A stretch of DNA of 59,024 nucleotides, counting the filler, from Bipalium vagum (lineage: Eukaryota): the NCBI GenBank assembly GCA_037834085.1. It is 3 parts of 3 records of this genome, joined end to end, with 100 filler letters (N's around TTAATTAATTAA, not from the genome) between each part and the next. Parts side by side here need not be neighbours in the genome. Positions count along the whole stretch, not along the records: positions 43,025 to 59,024 come from JBBMKC010133373.1; 2 more parts are not named here. One strand, written 5' to 3'. The notes under the pieces are model-generated. The model had not been told where the DNA came from, did not search any database, and saw only the letters and a program-made list of their open reading frames with translations. Positions 50,830-59,024 of the stretch are shown one piece after another (within the stretch, counting starts at the first letter, position 1; every line of letters starts with the position of its first letter). The position numbers and the translations under genes were made by a program.

Positions 50830-52970
50830 TAATTTAAAGCTTTGCTTATGAAACATAATTTTGGCTAAAAGTATAAAATTGTGGCCCACAATACATTAAA
50901 CAAACAAATAAAAGATCAGGAAAGTATTCTTTAGCATTTTTTTATTTAAATTTTTATTAATATTAAAACCTGTTATTATTATTATTATTATTTATTTATA
51001 TTTTCATATTAAAGAAGATGAATATTAGAAAATTTTTGCCTACCAAAGTCCTGCTGTGTATGAAATATAAAATATGTGGATGCTCGACTTCACTTATTTG
51101 TTTAAAGAGATATTTAAAAAGAAAAATAAATATTTTTTATTATATATTATTGTAAGCAGTAGAGTAATATAAAATGAATTTTTAATCACTAAAGATAAAA
51201 CAATTGTTCATTAAATTCAATAAGAAATACGACCAATCTAACCGTGTCATTATAACATATATCTCGATATGTATTTAATAATTAATTTTCTCTTTACATT
51301 TCTATAATCATCTCTTATTATGTTTCCATTGAATAACATTGAATAAAAGAATTTGGGAATATATTTTTTTCATAGGAGTTTTCAATAATCGCATTCTAAG
51401 TAAGCTTATGAGTTGCATCGATAATTTTACCATTTCCTTTTCTCACTCAAATCTATATTATGCTAAAAGATAAATTGTTGAAGTTGTTCTTAAACGATCT
51501 CGAATCATTATCAACGAGTTAGAATTAATAATTATTATCAATTAAAACAAATCCTAAAGTTGAAAGAGAAAAAAACCTATCATACCCCAGAGCTCGATAT
51601 AATAATCATAAAAATAATTTTTCAATCATTCCTTTTTTGTTAAGAGTAGGCAAAGTATGGATACCAAACTATTTTTTTATGATGTGGATAACCACGATTC
51701 AACTAAAACAATTTTCATATCGGAAATTATAGACCAAATATTATAATTACTACTTACATTTTGAAGGACAAGAATCAGAAAAAGTATCAAATTAATTAAA
51801 CAAAATCTTTTTCTAATGAAACAGTATAGGACACTTCCGCCCAGGAGCAGGCTGTAAACGGTCATTATTTCTCTGTTACGTAGTCCTTTCTCTCAAGCTA
51901 TATGGACTGATTTACTCAAAGATATTTAAGAGAGCTAAATAAGAACACTAGGAAGATCAACTCGATGATGTATGTAGTAATTACTTTTTGTTTGTGTAAA
52001 AAGTTGAGGAAAAGTTCACTTCAAAACAATTTAAAGGACTTAAACTATGTTTTTTTCAAAAATGAAGTTCTTTAAGAGTTTATAAGCAAAATTTTCGTCT
52101 TTGTTGACATTTTAACACAGTTAGGCTTAAAGAACAAATATTGTATTCGTAACAGGTGACAAGAAAGTTTTTAGAACGAACATTTCTAGAAATATTTAAT
52201 TTTTTATTGGGGGCTTTAATATATTAATCAGACTTTGAATTGAGGTAATCTTAAAGAGATTTAACTTGAAAGTCGAAAAATCTCAAATTTTTTCTTTAAA
52301 ATTAGATCATTTGGAAATTCTTGTGGATTTTCACCAGGGAAAAATAGAATCCATCAGGTTTTCATACTTTTATTTAACCATTTTTATTCACCATTCTCTT
52401 TACTTATCGTTGCTATCGGCTTGGTAGTTTAAAAATCCGTTTTTGATAGAAATCCATAGGCTCATTGGAGAAGTCATCATAGTGCTTTTGTATTGTTTCC
52501 TAACTGATTTCTCACCCGTTAATGTATTTTTGATGAATAGGAATAAATGGTAATGACAAAGTCAGGTGAGTATAGCGGTTGAGTCATAAGAATCCAGTCA
52601 CTCCAGATTTTTTTGGGTGAGGTCTGGTATTATCATGATGTAATACAAGACTCATGTGTTCAATTCTGATTCAATGTAATGAAAATTGGTTTTGAATACC
52701 CATCCGACAGTAAGATCAAAGATATCATGAAAAAATTAAACAGTACCAAAGTTACCAATATATAATCGTCCTTATTATTCATTAGTATAAAGAAAACATT
52801 TCGTAGTACAAATAGTTTTATTATTCAGGAATTTACAAAGACTTTCAAGAACAACACATTTAATATCTAACTAATATTTAATTTTACGTCCAAACCCCAA
52901 TAAAATTTTCTTTAACTCTTCATTATCATGTTAGTTCCTAAAATTAGATTATGTAAACAATTCGAATAAT

Positions 52971-54277
52971 ATGGGTTGTGTGAAAAATTATGAAAGCAAA
53001 GATAAAACAACGTTAATGTTTCACTGAAATTGATATGATTAATGATAATAGTCTTCTAGCAATTCAACACGTTTACTTTAGTTTTTCTCCAATAATTCTA
53101 TGCCATGTTTGAAGTGTGATTCCGGAAGGTCTACGAAAAACTAATATACAGCTTCAAGAGGTTCTTTATTTGATGAAACACGCTTCTCTCGGAGAAATTG
53201 TTTTAGGTTTATTAAAAGTTTGAAATTATTTGGAGCCTAATCTTAGATATAATGTGGTGGCTTAAGCAAATAATAATTTAATCCATTGATTTTTGCCATT
53301 GATAAAACATGTGCATTGTCTTTATTGAAAATGATATTTTTCTTTTATAAATCAGGCCTTTTTCGCGAATCATTGAATTTAACTAGTTTAATAATCTTGT
53401 ATAGTATTCGGAGTAAGTATTTTTGGGTTTTCAAGGTATTCTATTATTAGAATACCTTCAGAATCCAAAGAAACTATTAACATAATCTTCTGCCAGTTGA
53501 TCTTTTTGTAGTTTTTTTAAAATGAACATCCAGCTTTAAATTACTCTAATTTATATGATTTTGGTAGTAAATTATTTTTTTATAATTATGAAACGACGAA
53601 TAAAATCCGTTTTATCTTCAATCAAAAGTTCCAAATGGTTTTCACAAATCTGTTTCCTAAAGAGTTTTTGCTGAGTTGTTAAAGAATGTGACATCACTTT
53701 TCCAAATGTTTTCCACATAGAAATCCTCTTTTGAAATATAAGCTCGTCTGTCTGAGATGACCAAAATTTCATCAATTTCATAAGAGATCACACTTGAATT
53801 TCTATGTACACTTTCTTTTTGATGACTGAGCGATTCTCAATGTTTTTCATAATAAAAATTCTATTTTATCAGAACTTTTAATCCATTTATTATTGTAAAA
53901 ATCGGTAGTCTCTTTCTTTATTTCCCTATTGCTACCAGGTCTCCGATTATATAATCCGGTAACTAAGAAATTCTTCAAGGATCTAGATAGTTGTTTGATG
54001 TATTCTTATCTTTCTTCTAATATCTCTGTCACTCTAACTCTCCTTTTTAAATATAATAATCTTTACATGCCTTTTTTCCTATGACAGATAAAATACAAAA
54101 CACTTTAATGTAATTTAAAATCTTTTTAAAACAGTCCAATTATATTTATTTTACGTACTTAAACCAAACATAGCAGTTAAAGATATAGGCAATAAATATT
54201 TTTCAAGATCTGCACATGATAGAGAAAAAATTCATAATTGTATATCAGAGGTGGTAATTTTTCGGACGAACTGTGTA
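52971..54277 (-). mobile_element. mariner relic with degenerate TIRs
   Basis: Ends tgggttgtgtgaaaaatta / taatttttcggacgaactgtgta; SHSLTTQQK...DFIRRFI; DNAH; KPPHY. Confidence 0.7.
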
Positions 54278-57200
54278 AATATGATGATTAATTTTTATTA
54301 TATTATTAACTAAAAAAATAGAACAAAAGACAGTAATTTATTAAATAAAAAACTGATACATTAAATTCGAATTTATTTCGTGAAATATTTGTTCTTTGAC
54401 TGTTTTATAGGAGTTACTTTCATAACTTTTCAGATAACACAAGAGATCAGGAATAAATGATTAGATATGCATTATTTCTCCTATGAAAGAAGAAACAGAA
54501 ACAGTCCTTTGGATTTAGAAAAGAACTGCTAAGAGCTCAAGTTTTCTTTGAGAATCATGGAACATCACAGGTAACCGACATTTTTCTTAATAACTTAAAT
54601 TAACATCTACATTTAATTTAAGATTTTCTAAAAAGACTATATTAAATAAATAAAGACTATATTTCTCTTATTAAATTAGATAACAGAAACCATAAATCTG
54701 TAGATTTTTTCTAGTATAATAACTGGGACATATTTCTTTTGAAATTATTAAAAACTGCTTTTTATCAAAAGCACAGACCAATATGCTCTTCTATGATTCT
54801 CATTCATCATTTCTATTAATTAATTTTCACAATTTCATGAACATATAGAGTGCAAGCTGTTTTCTGGAAGGTTTTAAACTTTCTTTGAAATTTTCCTAAC
54901 CTCCTTGAATTCAAAAGATAGCTCGTCTTGGAATTCTAGACATTTGAATCATCTTTTTTCGTAACAAAAGGTATATAGCAAAATGAGGTGCCATTTCAAT
55001 CGGCATTAGTTTGATAGTATAATATAAAAATAATAAAATTCCATTAAATGTTGGTTATCCTTAATATTTCTTCTAGCTTCATAGTTATCATCACGGTGTA
55101 TGATCATCCTAATCCTACATCTAGATCGGATCTATGAATTTTAGGGAGATTTTGCGGCCCTTGAACCCAGCCCGCCCCATTGGGAGTAGGCGGCCAATAT
55201 CTTAATCTTTTTCGGCGGTCACTCAGATGGTAGAAAAGTGGTTTTTAAATCTAGTGCGCGTTAAAAGAACATTTATTAAGATGGTTTAAATGTGTTCCGT
55301 TAACTCAGTTTACCTAAAAAAGGGTCATTGTTTAAACATCCTTTCCTTGAACTCAGGAGAATTATTTCATCTAATATTTAACAAAAGAAATCTCTGTTGC
55401 TTCGGAGAATTTTATAAGAGAAGCTGGAATAATTTGTTTTCAGTTCAATTCTTATTTCGATTTAGATCATATCAATAATAACTTTTAATCCGTTCTTTAA
55501 TACATCTTTATTATACAGACTAAGAGCTTTAATTCAGAGTCTGAGGAAAAAATGAAAAACACAGAGAAAGATCTAATTACTGACTTTTCTTCTTTTCTTT
55601 AGCAAAGTTCTCAAATTTTAAGATAATGCCTTTTCCTATACAATGATTTATTTTTATTTTTATTGTCTATTTCAGACAATCTTAAATCATAACATTACAA
55701 TAATTTATTATTTAAATCAGACTTTCATAAATCATCTTGTCTAACACATCGTGGATTTAGCAGTACATACAGCAGTTTTTATTATCTAAGAATATAATAT
55801 AATGATTTCGATGGTGAGAATGAAGGGATTTGCAAAATCCCTCTTTATAATTATTTATGACAATTTTGATAATTTCTAAGTCACATTTTATGAAAAATGT
55901 TTTCCATTTCAATGTTGATTATTTTAGGTCTGGTAAAGTGAATATCATTCAGAAATAAAATTAAGATTATCTTTCAGATGAAGCTTAGGAAAAAGAGAAA
56001 AACGGTATTCCATTGAACTTGAAATTTTTAGAAATATATATAAGGAATTTCAGGGAAAAAGTCTTTTTGAACAATATTATTTATGTAATAATGAAGCAGT
56101 AAAACAAATTTAAAATATTCGAAAACCCCTAAGGAAAATTAGCCAATAAATATTTAAAAAATTTTAATTACTTTAAATTTTTTTACTGCTTCAATATTGC
56201 AAAACTTTCCGGTCCAGTATTTAACATCATTTTAAAGCTCTTGAAAAGGTAAAATATTTGTAGATTTGATAATTTACTTTGTTTCATTTTCAATGTGATA
56301 TTTTACCCTGGAAAGTAAGAGACAAACAAAATTAGAAAAAAGACCTACTACTGCTTCGGATATAGAAGGCAAAGATTTCTTGAAAAATTGTACAACTTAA
56401 TGGTTGCTTAAACGCTTCAAGTAAAGTGACAACAGCCTTGAAGATCAATAATAATTCTTAAGTCGAGTATTACTGGTGAACAAAGGTACTGCCTATCAAG
56501 ATGGAATAGCAGTCTTGTTTCTGAAACTGTAGGCTGTCTGACAAAATAGGTCCTTCCTATAGCATTATTTCTCGTTATTTTCAAATTGTAAGTTTAGTAA
56601 TCTGAAATTCTTTAAGTTCCTTTAATTTTAACAGAAAAAAACTAAGTGTTAATTTGATGTTTGCCGTAAACCCCTCACCAATAGACAATACATTTAATCT
56701 TTGAAGTTACAAACGACTAAAAGTGGATACAACCACGATGAAATAGTTATTCAAACTGGGATTCTTAAGACAATCATTTAACTAAGGTTGTGAAATTTCA
56801 AGGACCTATCCACTGGGAATTCAATCCATTTTGTCTTTTATTCAACAATGAATTTTTTTAAAGCTTTTCTTTGACTTCATTGTGAAAATTGATAATTTAA
56901 AGCTCACAATAGCTTTAATAATTTTTCCAAGTCATCTCCAATTTAAGTTTCAAATACTGGACCAATTATTGAAACACAACATATAAATTAATTTTAAAAC
57001 CACTCATATGGGATAGTTGAGCACATTCAAATCTGGTAAGTATGGTTACATTTTGTGGTTTGAAAAAGCTCTTCAAATTGAATTTCTAAAAATCTTCTCA
57101 TTTTCCTGAATTTGGGGTCTCATTGGAAGAATGAATCTTGATCTGAATTATTTTGCCAACTGACATTCAACACAACAGCTTCAAAAATATACCACGTGAT

Positions 57201-57459
57201 TTTGTATTTACGAAAGCAAGCTCAGTTTAGTCGAAAACGATACTTCAGCTGAAACGAATTGGAAAGCCCTCCAAGCTTCTGATTGGATGAGATGATATTT
57301 CATTTATATGGCTGCAGATCTTTAGGAAATGATATCCTATTACTAAGACTACTACCCGTTAATAAGGAACATGAGCTGAGTTTAGACCGTTGTGAAACAG
57401 TACGAGAGGAACCACAGATTTGGATCACTGGTAAATGTGCTTGATCGAAAGGTCAGTTT

Positions 57460-57806
57460 CACAAAGCTACATCTCACCTGATCTCAATCCTCTGGATTTC
57501 TCAATATGGGCTTTTGTTCAGACAGAGGCCTCCAAAGTACAGCACCCTAATTTGAAGTCTCTAAAGAAAGCTGTAACGAAGGCATGGAATAGTCTATCTC
57601 AGGAGTACATTCTCAAGACTTGCTCCAGATTCAGGTCCAGGGTACAGGCCGTAATTGATGCTGATGGAGGTCTTTTTGAATAATTGTTTAATGTATGTAT
57701 AATGTAATAAAATATATGTTCATATTTAGTTCTCAATAAAATTTTACTTCAGAAATTTAATTTTTATATTTGTGCATTTATTTCCGAGATTAATGACGCA
57801 CCTTAC
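57460..57806 (+). mobile_element. maT/DD37D-like transposase 3' end
   Basis: SPDLNPLDFSIWAFVQ...HPNLKSLK...CSRFRSRVQAVIDADGGLFE-stop, followed by TIR-like gacgcacctta. Confidence 0.85.
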
Positions 57807-58953
57807 ATATGTTCAATACAAAAATTTATCTGATAAAAACAATTTCACATGAATTTGAGAACTACGACCTCATAATAAGCCAAAAAATTCTTGGTTTCAT
57901 AATATTTTTGTCTTTCTAAATAAAACAATGTTTTTAATATGAAAATGTTCGTTCAAAGTGTCCAAACTCATCACATTTCGTTCTAATAATTTTTTGTTAG
58001 AATTTTCCTTTCACGAAAAATTATAAAGTATTCTTGTTTTAATGAATTATTAAAATGAGGAATGAAAAAAATATTTTAAAAAGAAAAAAGAAAACCTAAA
58101 TTTTTTGGATAATAAAAAATATATTTTCGTTCACATCGATTTTGGAATACTATTAATAGTTGACTCCTACAAAGATTTTACATAAATAAATAAAGGAACA
58201 AATTGTACGATCGATATAAATGTCAGTATAATTTTATCGACATTCATAATTAAACTCATAATTTACTGTAAATCTTCAATGTAGTCTTAGTCTGGTACTG
58301 ACCGAACATCAAACTGAAACCCATGAATCTATCACTGAATTGTAAACATAAACAAAATGATAAACATTAAAAAAGAGAAAACGTTGCCAATCCTTCTATG
58401 GAGGACTGCTAAACATATTCCGATGTACAGATGAAAGTCCAGTTCAATATTATAGGTACATTTTAATTATGCTATAAAATGAAACTAAAACTACATGTTA
58501 CAGTCGAATAAATGATTAATAATAAAATAATAAAATGAATCTTTATTTTGCAATTACACTGAACGATTTCGTAAAATTTACATTATTGAATATTGAAGAA
58601 ACTACTTTGCAGGTCATATAAAAGGTTTTCAAACTATATATCTTTTTGAAACATCACGTTTATATTTATTTTACATACTTAAACAAAATACGTAAATTAA
58701 AAATATATTCAATAGAGAAAAAAATTCATAATTGTGTATCTGTGGTGTTAATTTTCCCGACGAACGGTATATAATGATTAATTTTTACGTTATTATCAAC
58801 TAAGAAAATGATTTCAATAAAATAGAAAAAATAAATAAAAAAATTTCAAAATGAAAAAATAATTTATTAATCATTCCAAACTTTTTTTCAAAAATAAAAT
58901 AAAGTTTCGATTAAAATGACTAAAATAATATCGGCTAAATATATATCTATCAC

Positions 58954-58954
<1 letters not shown>

Positions 58955-59024
<70 letters not shown>
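58955..59024. repeat. (AAT)n microsatellite at the window end
   Basis: Direct reading. Confidence 0.97.

Noticed and set aside
1-59024. CRISPR arrays, rRNA genes, prokaryotic operons
   Set aside because: No regularly spaced repeats or rRNA signatures seen; gene structure is spliceosomal and eukaryotic.

Overview
AT-rich eukaryotic (invertebrate-like) genomic scaffold with GT-AG introns, two N-gaps carrying an artificial TTAATTAATTAA linker, and dense decayed transposons. Left half (281-26808, +): 13 in-frame exons (3777 nt, about 1259 codons, no start or stop in the window) of a large mosaic extracellular-type protein. Its architecture is K-F-K'-CTL-K-F-K'-K-F-K'-K-F, where K = kringle, K' = divergent kringle, F = F5/8-C/F-type-lectin-like beta-sandwich and CTL = C-type lectin domain. 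Every domain module is bounded by phase-1 introns. One intron holds a decayed NeSL-group non-LTR retrotransposon (zinc finger, Ulp1-like protease, RT, CCHC and restriction-like endonuclease). Another holds a hAT relic interrupted by a tRNA-Ala-like copy. Right half (- strand): exons of an RBMS/shep-like tandem-RRM RNA-binding gene (44589-50587), with candidate alternative downstream exons (43228-43297, 27571-27813) and a GCAUG/UG-rich intronic island. The rest is mariner, Tc1, maT and pogo relics and microsatellites. All calls come from manual reading and translation; no database searches were run.
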